Assembly: GCA_051362555.1 (NCBI GenBank)
Contig: CM120640.1
Location: 3,906,001-3,970,000, forward strand
From: Lingula anatina
Taxonomy: Eukaryota > Animalia > Brachiopoda
Direction of reading: 5' to 3'
DNA: 64,000 bases
A program made the position numbers and the translations under genes. Positions 11,707 through 26,881 of the stretch are shown here, in pieces; position 1 is the stretch's first letter; every line of letters begins with the position of its first letter. Under the pieces are notes generated by a model that saw only the letters and a program-made list of their open reading frames with translations, was not told the DNA's origin and made no database searches.

Positions 11707-14700
11707 TCTTTCACAACGTCTGTATTTTGGTGTTATATGAACAGTGAGCTGATTGGCTGGTTTATTAAGATATTATCATATTTAGACAGTTTATATATCA
11801 AATGCTCCACTGTCGTGGTGAATAGGCACAACAGATTGAATACAGAGGGGGGTGGGGTCCATACAATATAAAACAATGGAGGTTAAAATATGATATATAA
11901 TATATGAAATCTTAATGATGCACTAGCAAGTTTTCACTACGAATTTGAAAACACATGCTAATATTCAGCAAAGCTTTTATGTCTTTTATTCCGTATAGTA
12001 ATACCTTTCTTGTGATCACTTATGTGCCGAAATGTATATACAGGTTAAAGATACGAAAACTCACTCAAGACCTGTCTGTAAGCCTGGAAGTACAGGGGAC
12101 AAGCGGAAATTATACAAAGCAGAGCAAAAGAGTATTTTTTTACTTCTATGGCAAAAATACAATAGTAGCAAAAAAGTAACAGGTTGACTGGTTACTTTTA
12201 ACCAGACGCGGTTTCTCTTCATAATGCTGTTACTGAAGAGAAACATAAACGCTATATCTATCCTCTGATATCACAGGGTCCTCTAGAAAAAAAAAGGGGG
12301 GGGGGAGATAGCGCCAATCATGTGGTATACATTCAAATATCTGGGGTAGTATGGATTCTATGTCTTCAGTCAAGAAATACAAATTGTATGAGGCTGTACA
12401 CCTATCTTTTAAAAAATGATGTAACTAGTAGTATTCTGTGAAAAAGGCGGTGCCAAAACCACAGGAAATAGAAATGATGAAATCTACAAAAATCACAACA
12501 TTACGGAGATCGATGTTCGGGTCCCGTAGGGGGTGGACAGAGTCTCTTTCACAGACCTATGATTGGATTGTGAATGGAGATCACCAAGCAGTATGATGGG
12601 AACTTATGAAATCAAAATGAATGAGAATATCTTCAATATATCCACAAGTTTGACCGTTGAGCTGCAAGCTGTCGTTGTCTGGGTCCCGTGGGCCCAGATT
12701 GAACAGGAATAGGCGGAACGCCGCAATACAAAATAAAGCTTAAGGGGGTTTGAAACGTTATTTCTTCTGTCCATGAAGGCTAATTGTTAATAACATAGAA
12801 AAGGCGGATTTTTACATCGATCAGAATATAAAAGGTCCTTTTAGACGGTGATGAAATTCTTAATTAATGCATAAAACAATGCATTAACCATCTATGGGTA
12901 AAAACCCTAATATAATGGGTTATCTTGAGGGTAAAGCATGACGATATATAGCCATAAACATTCCGATTTGTAAAGAACATATTAACTGCTGGTATCATTA
13001 CTATTTAGAACATGCTGAAAGACACTAACTAGACAGCCCTGATTAAAATAAGGTCTTTTAATATATCGTCAAAATTTTTTTAAAAATCGTCAAAACATTT
13101 TTTTCTAGATTTTAATACAAAAACCTTTATTTTCAGGCATCCAAGAAATCAAAGCTAAATATATAATTTGGTAAAAGTAATGTAACAAGTGCCAACTTAT
13201 TTTCACTAGGTTAAATTTGCGTTATACTTCCACCTTCCTCTGTGTTTGGAATTTCTTTCTATGCTTACTTTTTGGTGTAATTCTTGTTGTACAGTACCCA
13301 TGTCTACATTAAAACATATTATTTTCTATTTCATAATAGCTGTTGTCAACCTCAAACCAACCTCTATTTTTTCCCTCTTGTCGTCTCTAAGAGAAGCCAA
13401 CACACTGGCCAGTGAAGTCATACAAATTTTATTTCAGTCTCGATTCACTGCATTTCCTTCCGTTTCATCGTATGTGCAATTGATTATCTAGTGTTTTGAA
13501 ACCATTTATATGATATCTTATAGTAATTTTGATATCAGAAAACGCAGTGAAATTAAAAACAGTCGGAAACCGCATCAAGAGTTTAAAATGTTCTTGTTGT
13601 GAACATACAGATGGTGATTCAATATATATGTAAAACATTTTCAAATTACTGCACATTACAACGCACGGGTTCGTTGTCCTCTAGGTATTCTAAAACTGAC
13701 AGTACTGTTGCATTACGCTCGATGAAGAGGAAAAACGGACCGGGAACTTCAATCCGGGGGGAGTGCAATTCTTACTTAAAAATATGTTACGACTTTGGTG
13801 CTGTTTCTGTGTTCCTATGATAAACCTTTCTGCTGGAGAACCTGGCCTGGGGGCTTAATATAACATTTTGTTTTCAAAAAGGGCTGAAACCCAGAAGTCG
13901 AGAAGCCGCCCGATACGAAGACAAAAACTGTCCATCTGTTAGTTATAGTCAATTTGTAGAAATGCTGTTCAACCTTCAAAGATTCTTCATCAAAATGTGT
14001 ATATAGAGTTACGCTTAGCTGGATTGAAGTGAGATTAGGTGGTTAATTTATCATCCTTTTGAAATCTTTATTTTGTCTTCCCATATAAAAAACTTTTTTC
14101 AACACAAAAATACAGGATTAGTTTTTGTACACTGCATTTGTTCGACACCCTGAACAAAAGAACTGCCTGGATATAGCACGAGCGCTTTCTTGCTTGGTAA
14201 TGATGTAAAGTAAATGACAAAACTGTTATATTCAGGGTGCAGCTTTACCAATGAAAAAGGCGACCCCTACTGCAGTTATGCACAAAAGTTTTCCAATTTG
14301 ATGTATGAACTTTTACCACGTACTAAGTTTGTTAAAGGTCTTCAGCCCACGTCCCGCATAGAAAACAATATCACGAGACTTCACGTTGTGTTAATTAAAT
14401 GGCTACTGAAACGGTTTTTATCCTTAACTGAGAGCGGTGGGTATGCGTTAAAGCTTTGCATTCAAATTATCACCTTCCACATGGATGCTTTTAATTAACA
14501 GTGCGTTGACTCTTATCTTTTAATTGGTGAATAATTGTATTCAGCGGAGTTTTTAATTTATTGCTCGTGGCACGATCAGAGCAATCGATTAGTTTGCCAC
14601 GCTTTTCTTGATACAATTAGTAAAAGGAGACAGATGTTTTATCTGTATCCTTGTTTAGAATACCGATTTACAGACAGTTGGTATTGCACTTCTACACGTG

Positions 14701-14967
14701 TACTTTCTATATCATAACTACTAGTAATAGCATCACATAGAAACCTTCATGTAAACAGCAGAATGTTGAAATATTATACAGCCTAAATTTATTAACAGAA
14801 GGTAAAGCAAAAAGTTTCCAAATCAGTTTCCTGTAATTTCTTAAAAGTAAGAAAATCATTAGAAAACGGGCGAACAAGGGTGTGTGATCTTGCAGTTTGT
14901 TTTTTAAAGTTCTCTTATAGTTATTCAATTACTCGTATTTAGTGTGATTTAGCATTCAAAGGAAAAT

Positions 14968-15172
14968 AATTCACTACAGAGGTGATACAAGCAAGCAAAC
15001 CATGTGGTCTTTCACTCACGGCCGAACGTTTAGGATGTTACTCAGCATTAGTTCTGTAGGAAATTTGTAAGGATTAGCAATCTTTGAAATTCTACAGAAC
15101 CGGTTAATAAGCTAGACAATTCACTGCTGAGGTGGTTTAAGCAAACAAACCACATGGTCTTTTAATTACCAC
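14968..15172. repeat. Diverged direct duplication (~150-bp spacing)
   Basis: aattcactacagaggtgatacaagcaagcaaaccatgtggtcttt vs aattcactgctgaggtggtttaagcaaacaaaccacatggtcttt. Confidence 0.6.
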
Positions 15173-16003
15173 CAAGTAGGAGTTTCTTCAGTGCAGTTGC
15201 GTTACAATAGTCAACAGTAGCAGCTAAACCGCCTTCGTAACATTGCAACAATGCCTGATACTTCTATAGTGACAATGTGAATGCAACCACCATCCATCCC
15301 CAAGACGACGGTAAGTGAAGGAAATAATTATGGTCTTCTTAATCTACGCATGATGGAATTATTTCTTAAGATTATCAGTCAGCAAGTGCATTCTTGACTT
15401 TATATGTAAAAGACTGATTTCAAAATTGGTTTTTTTAAGTATATCTATCTATTAAAGCATTTGTAACATAATTAATTGGTTTAAGATATGTTGGAAAAAT
15501 TCGGGGCATCGTTTTGGCGCTGGCGTTAATTGTAGGCGTCGGGTAGGATCAATCAGATTGTTAAGGAACCCTACATGCAGTAAAGAAATTTGTCGACAAA
15601 TGTAAAAGCGTTACACTTAACTCGCTTTGAAAACGCGTTTTAACCGTTATTAGAACATATTTGACTTGCTCACAAGCACAATGAGAAATTAATGACCAGA
15701 TCTGTTATGAGTGAAGAAAATGTGTGCCACAAAGATATGTGCAGTCATGAATTCACTTATAGACTACTTCATTACTTAATCGAATGTCCCTCCGTTAAAA
15801 CGTTTTCATTGGAAAGCTTAATGAAGCTGATCGGCGCGTGGGCCTAAACTTGCACGTTTTTTCCTTCTTGACGCATAACATACCAATATATCAACGCTCC
15901 TGACATAACCTAAACTTGATGATTAGGGGCTTGGTCCGACCGAGATAATAATATTACTCTCACTAATAAACAGAAGAGGCTGGTAAGGGATGACGTACAG
16001 AAG

Positions 16004-16170
16004 CATGCCCGTAGCCAGCAATTTCAAAGGGGGGGGGTCTTTTTCTGAAGATGTGGACCTTTTCCATAAAAACGTCATGTACCTAGATCACATTTTACCC
16101 AGAGTGGACCTTTTCCCAGCAAAAGGGGCGGTTCTTTCGAACCCCCCGAACCCCCCTGGCTACGGGCCTG
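16004..16170. mobile_element. MITE with CAGGCCCGTAGCCAG-type TIR
   Basis: catgcccgtagccag...ctggctacgggcctg with G/C-run subterminal regions and GAAG on both flanks. A truncated related end lies at ~30002-30040 (caggcgtgtagccagcaatttc). Confidence 0.75.
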
Positions 16171-17030
16171 GAAGAAACTTCCCACAACATTCGTGTTCAC
16201 CATCAAGGAATCTTGTTTTGTTCCAATAAAACCATCTTTGAATGAGCAGTGCTTTCACGTATTAGACGTGTTTCAAAGGTCCAGACTGCAAACTGAGAGT
16301 GACCTAGCAGGTTTGATACATTTCATTGTACACAAAACTAGGTTAAAACTTAGGTTTGGACGGAACCCTCGTGAGTAATAAAATGAGTCCTAACGTTAAC
16401 CGTGTAAAAAAAAAACAAAAAAAACTGGAAATAAGCGCCCAATTTGCTGCTGTCGTCTCAGTCAGGGAAACATGGCCGTATCAGAATTAAAACAAAGCAT
16501 GCCTTAATATATATATATATAACTGTCAACCTTGTAGAATACAGAAGTTTGAGTCGTAGTATGGTTAAAACAAAAACAATAGCCATTTGTGCATTTAATC
16601 TTGACAAACTTACCATTACAAATACCATAATAATACCGAGAAATGTTCTAACTTTCAAAAGGACTTTAAAGAATGTATTTTGAAAGTGGAAGTGGAAAAC
16701 TTTAGACATTCTGATATACTTGTCATTGACACACCTTTTAGATATGTTATCATAAAAAGGGCTGAAAAAATCACAATGTTTTTCATTCAAAATATCTCAA
16801 TGGTTCTCACCAAAATGATGATGATACAAGATGATACAAAATTGCAGTATTTGCACCAGTTAACGTTCACAGACCTCTGGTAAGGTAAAAGCAAAATTGC
16901 ACAATAAATGAAAAAATTGCGAGATTTGAGAGGGGGAGCAACAAATTTGTCTCGTCTGATTAATTGCGACATGTAGTATATTTCTTCGGCCAAGATGGTA
17001 GAAGAAAGTAAGCTTTCTCTATCTTTCTCT

Positions 17031-18299
17031 GGGTACGTACGGATAAAATTTAGTCCCAAAATATTACACGTCCCTATATTCCCGTTACCGATAGATACAT
17101 AAAGGGAAAACTGAAAAAACGTCTTTTTAGATTTAAATACCGATAGATCCGATTTTTTACCACCGTCCTATAAATTTGCGTTCCTATAGATACGACGTCC
17201 TCATAAACCCACGTCCTTTAAATCCGCATACCTAGATCCACGTATTTTTAGATCCAAATACCGATAGATCCATTACAGGTACACTATTGCTCAAAATGGT
17301 TGGTATACTACTCAGTACATAAAATGCACTGTTTAAAACGAGAGTACACATATTAATCCTTTCAGCAATTTATTATTCTACTATAGATCGTTTTTACGCA
17401 ATACTCGGGTAATTTACATTAGGCCTACTAATGCATTATCTGACAGAAATTTATGATTTCACTAGATGTTTTGTTATTCTCATGTTACATTCATTTAGTT
17501 TTGATTACGAAGGCTTCTGACAGGAACCTAAGATTATATTTTTTTATAGCGATTAATACAAGAAAACACACACACACACACACCACACCCGTCAATTAAG
17601 AACTCGGCAAAAGTTGATGAAATAATGTTAAGAGTTTTACAAGTAAACTCATCTTATTTTATACTGTGTATGATTTATTTGGGCATTTCATGAATGATTC
17701 TGCCTGATAACTGTCTTGTATAGGCCTACTTGATAGAAACCATTACTGTATGGTTGACAAACATACCCAAAGTTTGCAGGCAAAAATCGGCTGTATATAT
17801 ATAGAAGTTACTTACATCTTGGACTTAATAACGAATTTGTGTCGTTTTTATGTCCAAGTAGTTTACATTGATGAAGTTACGTGCGTACATTGCGGAATGG
17901 AGTAAATGATAGTAAACGATAGTAAAGACGTGTAGACGCGAACGTACATGTAGGCCTATGTCTTGTTTGAACACCTAATAAATATATAAATAAATAAATA
18001 TCAGGTTGTAATTAAGTCATCTCACTGAGTGGGTCAGTACTCGCATCCAGACTATCTCTCGAAAGCCTCATACCTGTATCTCAAGTTAATATCGGCATTT
18101 TAGCCGATTAATTACGATGTCAGATAGATGGATCTAGCGGTACCTGGATCTAAAGATACGTGGGTTTATAGGAAACTGTTGGTGGATCTATTGGAAGGTA
18201 AATTTAACGAGACGTAAATCTATTGAGACGTGTATGTATAGAGACGTATCTATCGGGACGAATATTTTATTGGGGCGTTTATCTATATGGCGGACCCCC
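17031..18299. mobile_element. Foldback-like non-autonomous DNA element with arrays of subterminal repeats
   Basis: The left arm (17031-17270) repeats acgtcc, gatagatcc and taaacccacgt. The right arm (18120-18299) carries the reverse complements ggatcta, acgtgggttta and gagacgt. The element sits inside a CT-rich tract. Confidence 0.7.
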
Positions 18300-18339
18300 T
18301 TTCTCTCTCTCTCTCACTATCTCTCTCTCAAATCCATAG

Positions 18340-18550
18340 TGCGTAATTTTTTTCCATTCCTCTCAGCTGTGTATCAAAGCCCGGATGTGGGAAAACCTGA
18401 TGTCTGTCCATTTTTTTTGATGTGGCCTTTAAATAGTTTGATCCGTCTCTCTCTTCACCACCCACTCCCAGCTCTGTTTAGGGGCAATTTTATTGAAGCA
18501 AGGCCTTTTGACCTTGATCTATGTCCTTACCATCGGAGCTTTTTTTCTTA
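18340..18550 (-). mobile_element. RTE-clade LINE 3' fragment (degenerate)
   Basis: The minus-strand translation KLRW*GHRSRSKGLAS...RERRIKLFKGHIKK(W)TD resembles the RTE post-RT motif (KLRWYGHVSRSSGLAKTILQG...RWEDNIKEWTG). It has stops and frameshifts. Confidence 0.7.
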
Positions 18551-20519
18551 ATTTCCGCGAGAAGATCGCGGGGAGGGTAATAACGTCCGTCTATTTTCCT
18601 GTCTGCCAGTCGAACTGTCTGATACCAGTTATAATCTTAAAAGGGAAATGTAGACTTTTTAGTGGACTTTTTTGAATAAAATTCTGCTCGAAATCTCCTT
18701 CTCATATTAACCGGTGGTATGCACTTCCTCCTTACATTCCCAGAATAAAAACGATAAGTACATGTAGTAGTTTTCTTTTTTGTATTTTGTCTTTTGTATG
18801 TCTTTTTTATTAAGTTGTGGGGTAACTGCGATACTTAGATAAAATGCATGGGTAAGGTAGTAAGCAAGATATTTGTCGAATTCCGTGTCACAACATACAG
18901 CTTTTTTTCGATATGCATGTTTGTCCTTTCTCTGCTAACAGTACATTAGTGTTACTTATAGCAAAAGTACATTTGCCTAATTAGTTAGGTGTAAAATTCT
19001 TTCAATTTCTCAGTGAATCTTAATTGAAATGTTTCACATTTTAGAAAACAATACCCATAGTCCAACATTCTATTTGAGATTTAATTGCTTTTGAATGGTA
19101 GCCTTTAACAAGAAATGTCGGCGGAAATGTGAAAATGTGTCCCAAAGTCCTAACAGCAATTTCCCGACTTCTATCGGCGCGACCACCGTGATGGACTTTG
19201 ATCCGAGAACAAATCAGATTTCCCCTTGGAAATGCCTACAGGCAGTCTGTCTCTACCTTTTGTTCATACTAAACAAGAAGATGTATTATTATTCTTATTA
19301 TTCTTGATATTTATGACAAATGTTGACGGTGTAGTTTTTGCTGTCTGATGTAGGCCTATATTGTTTTGATCCTTATATAGTGCCTACTTCAGACCGAAAA
19401 ACTGATACAATGTATCTATTGTCCCAGCTGATGCCTTTTTCATGTGCCTTTTAAAAATTTGATATTCTTTAATAAGCAATCAAACATGATAAAAAAGGTG
19501 GTTTGTAATACGGACCAAGTAAATATTATTTACTATCCTTTAACGATCGTTGACTAAGATAAAAGGAATCAGTCCCGCGTGCCATTTTTTAATCTGATCC
19601 GGGAAAATTAGATTTCTTATCTATTTACGGGACTCAAGTTTGTCCTCGGCAGGATGCTTCTTTGTAATAGATGATAAAGTTTATAGATACGGACTTTTGA
19701 GACGAGGCGATGCGCGCCCAGAATATAACAGTGCGGTTACATAAACGAAATCAATTCCCAAGATACCAAGCTGGCAGTACGGTTATAATACGTGATGGAC
19801 ATACACTTCCATACTCTTATTTCTTTCAATTCGATGTATTTTGAATTTGAACTAACCAGAATATTACCAAGTTAAATGAATGTCTTTCCCTTACTTTCGG
19901 CAGGGCATAAGTCTTTATTGAAAAGTAAAACCCTGCAGGTGATACATACTGTAATTATCTACCTGCTGCTATATTTGGATAAAAGCCCCCCCCCCCCCCA
20001 AAAAAAAAAAAAAAAAGAAATAAAGAAAGTTGGGAGAAGGAGAAAACACACTGAATGTCTCTATCACAAGCTTTTCGGTTTTTTAATCAAAACCAAAGTA
20101 TTCAATTATTGCAACATTTAAGACCAATTGTCCGTAGCTGTCGATATAAAAGAGTTGTGCGGGAAATTACATTTACTCTACAGGGCAGCAGTTTTAACTG
20201 CATGACTTTCACCTTCAGAGAGCAACTCGCGTTAGCGCAATCATTTTTTCACTATAGCTAACGAAGATCAGAAAAAAAGGTCAAGTTTTCAACGCTTATA
20301 TTTCCTCCATAGAGATGTGTGGGATTCAATTACGAAATCAATGACAAGCGCAATGTATAGGTTGATTGATATTTGGCCAGTTAAGACCACTTTATTTATG
20401 ATAAAACAAAATGAGATTTTACGATTTTATTTTATCTCATAAACCAGGTAATAAAACGGTAATCCAAATGATTGATAATAGTATTAAAGTATGGGGTGGC
20501 CAAAATTTGATGGTGATAA

Positions 20520-20790
20520 GTTATGCATTATCAAATTTTATGCGGTTGCTAGAAGGCAATTAGCTTATCAAACAGTTTTTCGGATTTTTTCGAATATGCT
20601 TTTATTCATTTCGGATGTCTTTGTGCTTACCAGATCATTAATACGATAAATGGTATGAATCATATTTTATGGGGTTGCTTAAAGGAAATTTGATGATAAA
20701 ACAGTTTTTCGGGCTTTTTTTTTTTCAGAATATGCTTTTGTTCATTTCGGGTGTTTTTGTGTATTTCAGGTCATTAATACGATAAAAGAT
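20520..20790. repeat. Two-copy tandem duplication (~130 bp)
   Basis: aaacagtttttcgga...gaatatgctttt..tcatttcgg..tcattaatacgataaa occurs at ~20569 and ~20699. Confidence 0.75.
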
Positions 20791-23700
20791 AAAAATCAAA
20801 AGGGTTAAGTGAAATAAAAAGATCCCCCACGATATACGCGGAAGTTAATTACGAAAGATGCAAGAAATATGAGAAAATCAGAAGGTTTCCATGATGATCA
20901 TTAACTAATTTTTTGAATACAATATCATTACTGAGGATTCGTTTACATTATCTGTTACTCATATATTATAACGTGTCTGCCTGCAATTCCTTCAGCAGAA
21001 GTTAAAACAAACCGATTACCATATATCCATACTTACGAGCTACTCAAGTGAATCAAAAATATGATTCTAACTCGTGTCTGGCGTCAACGGGCTATCAGTC
21101 GGAAGATGAGTTTTTCATGTGTAACCGGACCCTTACGGCTTTGTGTGCTATCAAACTCCACGCACCACGCGGACGCAGAAATTGAATTTCGTATGCTCCG
21201 CCAGGACTTTACATCTATCATCAGATAAAAAGGATCTTTATATCATTTGGTTGGATTTCTAGCACTATTACATTATATAACCGAGTGGATTTCTCATTCT
21301 GGATGATCGCATCATATGTTTTCTAATAATTTTTGAAATATCTTAAGATTGTTTGAGCGGTAGCACTGTAGTGCCGATACAATGTTTTGGTAATCTTATT
21401 TAGTATGGTGTTCAGCGTTTTACTATAGGTAGGTTTGAACTATTTTTGCCCAATGTGCCGTTGTTTTCATCTTTGACTTGCGACCATGATATGCTGTAAA
21501 ATGTTTTTTTTTATTGGCGTTTTTACCACCATTGCCGTTACCACTGCGTACGTTGGGGATCGATTTCAAAACTTTTGCCACCATACATATCTTAATATAT
21601 GAGCTTTTATCGATAACTCTGTTCAGAGCTCTTAACCTTCTCGTGAGTTTTACAGAACCTCATAAAGAAGCCGCCTTTTATAATGAAATAAACTTGTTAA
21701 TTTAATGAAAATCTGGCGGGAAATAAAAGATTTATTACAACTGTCCCAATAATCGCTACAGATGAGGCTCAATGTATAGTCCGATGTACGCGTGAAGAGT
21801 AGATAGATTGTTTAAAATCAATCTTTACATCAGAAACTTTGTTTCTTATTTATGATGGAACAAAATGGCAAAGAAGATAAACCAGAGCTTATCCAGATCC
21901 TGAATTAAACGAAAAAGGATAAAAAAATATTCACAACTGATTAGTTTGTGGTGAAAGAAGCTGAAAGAAGCGTAAAATATGTTCTTACAAAGTGTCACTC
22001 TTTCCCTGCCTTACATTGACATGTCTCTTGCTGGAGGTTATAATATTTACGGTGATAAATCGATTTATAGTCTTCAATAAATCTTACAGCGAACACAAGT
22101 CTTCGACGCCTCACACGATGCAGTTCGTTTGAAATGTCTCCGATGATCAGACACAAAAAAGACCAAGCTAGCAAAAATGTTCTTTCCGACCAGCAAGAGA
22201 GCCGTCTCTGTCCTTTGTATTAAAACTTCAGGGTAACTATTGCTCTTCTGTGGTGGAAATTGCTTTTGCTCGGTCAATATTGACGGACAAAGTAATGCAA
22301 TTTGCCGACCTTGGGGGGCAGAGGGCCGACCCTAGTTTGGGATTGCGACTTTCACAATTGATAACTGTGTCGTGTATTGATCTTCGGGCAGCCATGTAAA
22401 TGAATTACACTGGAATATCAAGCGTATGATTCGCTTATGCAAATAATTTAAAAGGCAGTAATGTAAACAGCTCGGCATTTGACATCAATTTTGTCATGCT
22501 TGAAGGAAGTAATTGCCCATCTTTTACAAATATCACTTCCCCTTTGAAATAATGGGCGACCGGTGATATGTGTATGAAACACGCAGACACATCTAAAGTC
22601 TTATCTATGCTTGCCAGACGGAAGAGGAGAAATCATGATTGAAAGTATAGCTATTTAAATAAGACCGCGCACTGGCCACCGGGCAAGCTGCTAGATGATA
22701 CGCAACTGTTTCAAAGAGATGGCTTAGGGAGTCTTTACCTAGATGAAATCGCGTTGTAGTTCCTTATCAATTTGGTATCTTAACAGGAAAGACATTTTTT
22801 ATCCTCACTGTCACCTCCAGAGGTATTTGTCCTTCAATTAATGATTACTTCATTGGTTTTGGTGAGAATTAATGAAGAAACTTTTAATGATCTTAGTGAC
22901 AACGTCGTAAACGCTTACTGCTGATGTATTTAATGATTTCATAGGGGAAAAACAGTCCATATTTTATTTCTGATTCTAAGGACTCTTCTGTTTAAAAACT
23001 GCAGCTACGCAATGCAGCAATGCTACCCTGACTATTTGTAATAGGAAAAAAAGAACATATTCACACACTGATGATATTTACTCTTTCCATGAAAAGTCAC
23101 ATATTGACATACACCTCGTATTTTATAGTATCTGGTTATTGAATTACTCGGTGATAAATGCATGCGGTCTGGGAGCGAGTTCTGGCTCCCTAGAGTTTGT
23201 TCGTATTTTCATCTTAAAATACGCGTATTTTTTTTTTCGTGTCATTCACACAAGTTTACACCATTTATAAATAATTTTAAATAATTTTTACTTTCGGATA
23301 TCGTAGGTCCCTTGCCTCTTTAAATACATGTTATCTCTATTCCAGAAATGAAAAAGATTTAAGATCGTAACATAGAAATAACGTTAGCCTGAGAAACGCA
23401 TTCGAATACAGTTTATATAACTGGTGTGTCCTTGTTACATCGCAATAGGGTTTCGCAGTCAGAAATATCTCAAGTGAAACGAATGTGTTAAATAATACAA
23501 TAAATGACAGATATCAATTTATCACCTGGCAGCAGAGTTAGAACATATTCATTTGAGAGCTGGAAATGTCAATTTTTCCGCCGTATGTTAAATGCGACAT
23601 TTAGTAAAAACATGAGAGGGAAACATGAAAAACTCGAAGGGAAAATGTACTTGAAGATTCCGCCTTATATTCAAAACGTGACGCCAATTTTTCTCTAACG

Positions 23701-26700
23701 GCGTTTTGTTATAAATCTCGTCTCTTATACGAAAATATTTATGCTATATAATGTATTTTAACGCACGTCAAGAAGTCTACGACGACATATGTTAGTTAAT
23801 ATGGGCCATTCAAAATCATTAAAAAAACAAAACTGCATCCTAAAGGAGAAAGAGGTTTCAAATATTTCACCGAGGTAAAAAAAAAAAAAGTTTTTAGTCA
23901 AAGTCCTTAGGGAGTAAAAAACTCGTCAGCAGCCATCACATGACCTAGCCTACGTCATATATACCACACTGCAGCGGATGCCCGAGTTAAGTCGCACTGG
24001 CATCGTACCTGAGGACAGCAAGAAATGAGAATCCCACTCTTCCCTCCTTATGTGTCCAAGTTTCATATGCTTTGCAATTTAAGGATTTGCCTGGGCTCAA
24101 TGCTTTTTCATAAAAAGGCAGACGAAGAATTGAAATAGTATTACTTGCCATTCGTAAGTCCAAAACATGTACTTTAGCACTTAAGCACTTTAATAAGAAC
24201 AATCATTTACCCATTAAAACAATTTATTTTCCAATATTTGTTCCAAACGAATTTAATGTACATTCTAATCACAATACCAGAATGTGCAACCTATATGTCC
24301 TTGGACCACTGCTTGTACTCTTGAATAAGAAAAAGAGTCAATATTTGATTGCCTTGGTTTCACATGACAGCCGGGGTAAACTTACTGGCAGCTTCCATGA
24401 GAACAAGAAAGCAGTATATTGATCCTCGTTGATTGAATTCAGACTATTTAATTTAGCTTTTAAGTTCTATAGCATCATGCACTTTAGAAAAAAATCCTAT
24501 AAAATCCAAGCTTAGTTGAATCTGTGCATTTTAACCCATTTTTTTAAAATAAACATGCCATTCGTGTTTGATTAAAGCTCTCTTAAGATGGTCGCCATAT
24601 GCATAATTATCCAATGGATAAGGGCGTCTATCTTTGCGTTCCTAAAATCCCAAAGATCATTGAAAAAATGTAGTAAACCAATTGGTCATTTTCAAAATTG
24701 GTTCCCTTGTGGTGTTGTTCGAAATTGGTTTCTAAGCCTTACGCTACATGAGCTCTTTAATGTAGCATTAAAGGATCGTTTTTGCTCTAAGTTGTATCAA
24801 ATTCAGTCTGGCCTTGTTGGGTGATTGACATCCATTAAGATAACTATGAGGTGCAATAGCTTAAAATACGATAAATTTTCAGTCCACTGTCGGAATTTTG
24901 GAATTAATTCGCATGGCTGACGCCATGATGAATCAAGTGTTCACCCCATTGCCAGCCTATTTTTCACCGACGCAGTATCAGCATTAAAAAAAAAAAGACC
25001 CAGACGGTGCCAAGTATTGTTGGTTAAGCCTACATGTCTTTACAGGTTCAGAATTTACTTGAATAGATTTTATGATTATTGTTTAAATTTTGAAAATTTA
25101 AATTTGACCATCAAATAATTGGCTTTTAGGGCCATTCCGCAGTTCGTTATCACTTAATAAAGTCATTATTGATTGGTTTTGGAGAAGTGGCATGAAAGTA
25201 AACACACTGCGCTTCGACTTGGGCCCACGGATATATCAGAAAGAAAAATTCAGCTATCATATGAATGATATGATTAATGCATAAGCAAAAAGATCTCAAG
25301 TTTCAGGGAAGAGATTGAAATTGTCTTCTGAGAATTTCGAGAACAAAAACTTTTATAATTGAAATGTAGATACCAATCAAAGTATCGTTTGTTATTAACC
25401 ATGCATTGTTTCCAAATGAGGCAAAAACTCTTCATTTCAAGTGATTTTATCTGATCCATTAACGGGGACTGCCGGTACATTAACGCATACATGTTATATA
25501 ACACATGGCGTTAAAGCATTTTCAATAGGGTTTCGTCGACATTTTGGAAATAGGTCCATTCTCTCAAACCACTTGACAAATATTTACTCATTTAGATATG
25601 ACTTTTGTGGGGCAAACTAATTTCACAGTAAGTACTTCCTGTGGTGCACCAGATGCACTTTAACTGAATTCATCCTTCATCCTCTTTTACAACATATTTT
25701 TAGCTGTTAGATGATGGTTCTTATCAATTGGGAACGTGATAACTGTATGTCTTCAATATTTACTGAAGAAGATTCTAATATTCTAATATACACTAGATGC
25801 TGGTCGTTACAGCCGTACTTTCATTACACACGAACGCTGTTTTATCTTCTGAGTCTAATTGAAGATACAGAAGAAAAGTTTCAAGGGTAAATGAATACTA
25901 CTTGTAAATATGCGAAGCCCACGTTGAAACGATATTTATACAAAGATCAAAAATTGGTGCTAAATCCAGATGAACATCTTCAAGTGTAGAATTTTATGAA
26001 GTACGGTATTCTTGTCTCTTGTCACTGGTTCTTTGATAAAAGAGCCACATATACGTAAAGTCTTGTGGTATTAGGATCTACGGATGTAATTAAAGCTTTG
26101 ATAAAGTCGAAATGTTTTACGTGCTAATAAAGCACATAAAGCCATTGTTTAACAGTTGAGAAAGTAAAGGAGAGGCACGATCTTTAAATTTTGATTGAGC
26201 TAATAATAGGGTAACTGACAATGGAGTGCTTTATAAATTTCAATCAACAGCTACAATCGCAGTTTTCATTGTGTTCAAATAAGCAGATTAAAAATCCGAA
26301 GTTATCTACAAATAGATCATTTGAAAGGAGCTCTAAGACAAAGTAAGTTATTTTCAGGCTACTCATTCATGAGGTGAGTTAAAATGTAAGTTAAAATGTA
26401 AAACATACAACCACTTGCTGTCTAAGAATGAATCGCAGGAGAAACAGTAGCCGCTGAGAGGAAGTGGCTTTCAATAGTCACGCCAAGGCAATGAGAAAGC
26501 AATGAAACAACGAGTGGAGTGACATTGCCGTAAAATGCAGCATTGAAGTATATACTGTCTTTGTCTCCCTTGACTCTTTATTTATGCAACATCAAAAAAG
26601 ATAGATTATTTTGGACAGGACACACAATTACCTACACCTCTTTCTCAATTTAACCGTGTGATCTAAATTTAATTGCTTTGTAACCGAGTGCCACGAAAGA

Positions 26701-26881
26701 TCAAGAAAGGCAAGTGAAAATGACATCATAGACTTTACAAACCACCGTGCTCTAGCTCTTTAATGATGTAAACCACATTTGCTGTCGAGAAATTTTACAA
26801 AATTTTTGTGTTGAAGGGCAGTTATCGCTCATTTTACCTGGATTTCAGGAACCATGTATAGGGGCATTGCATTTAATATAC

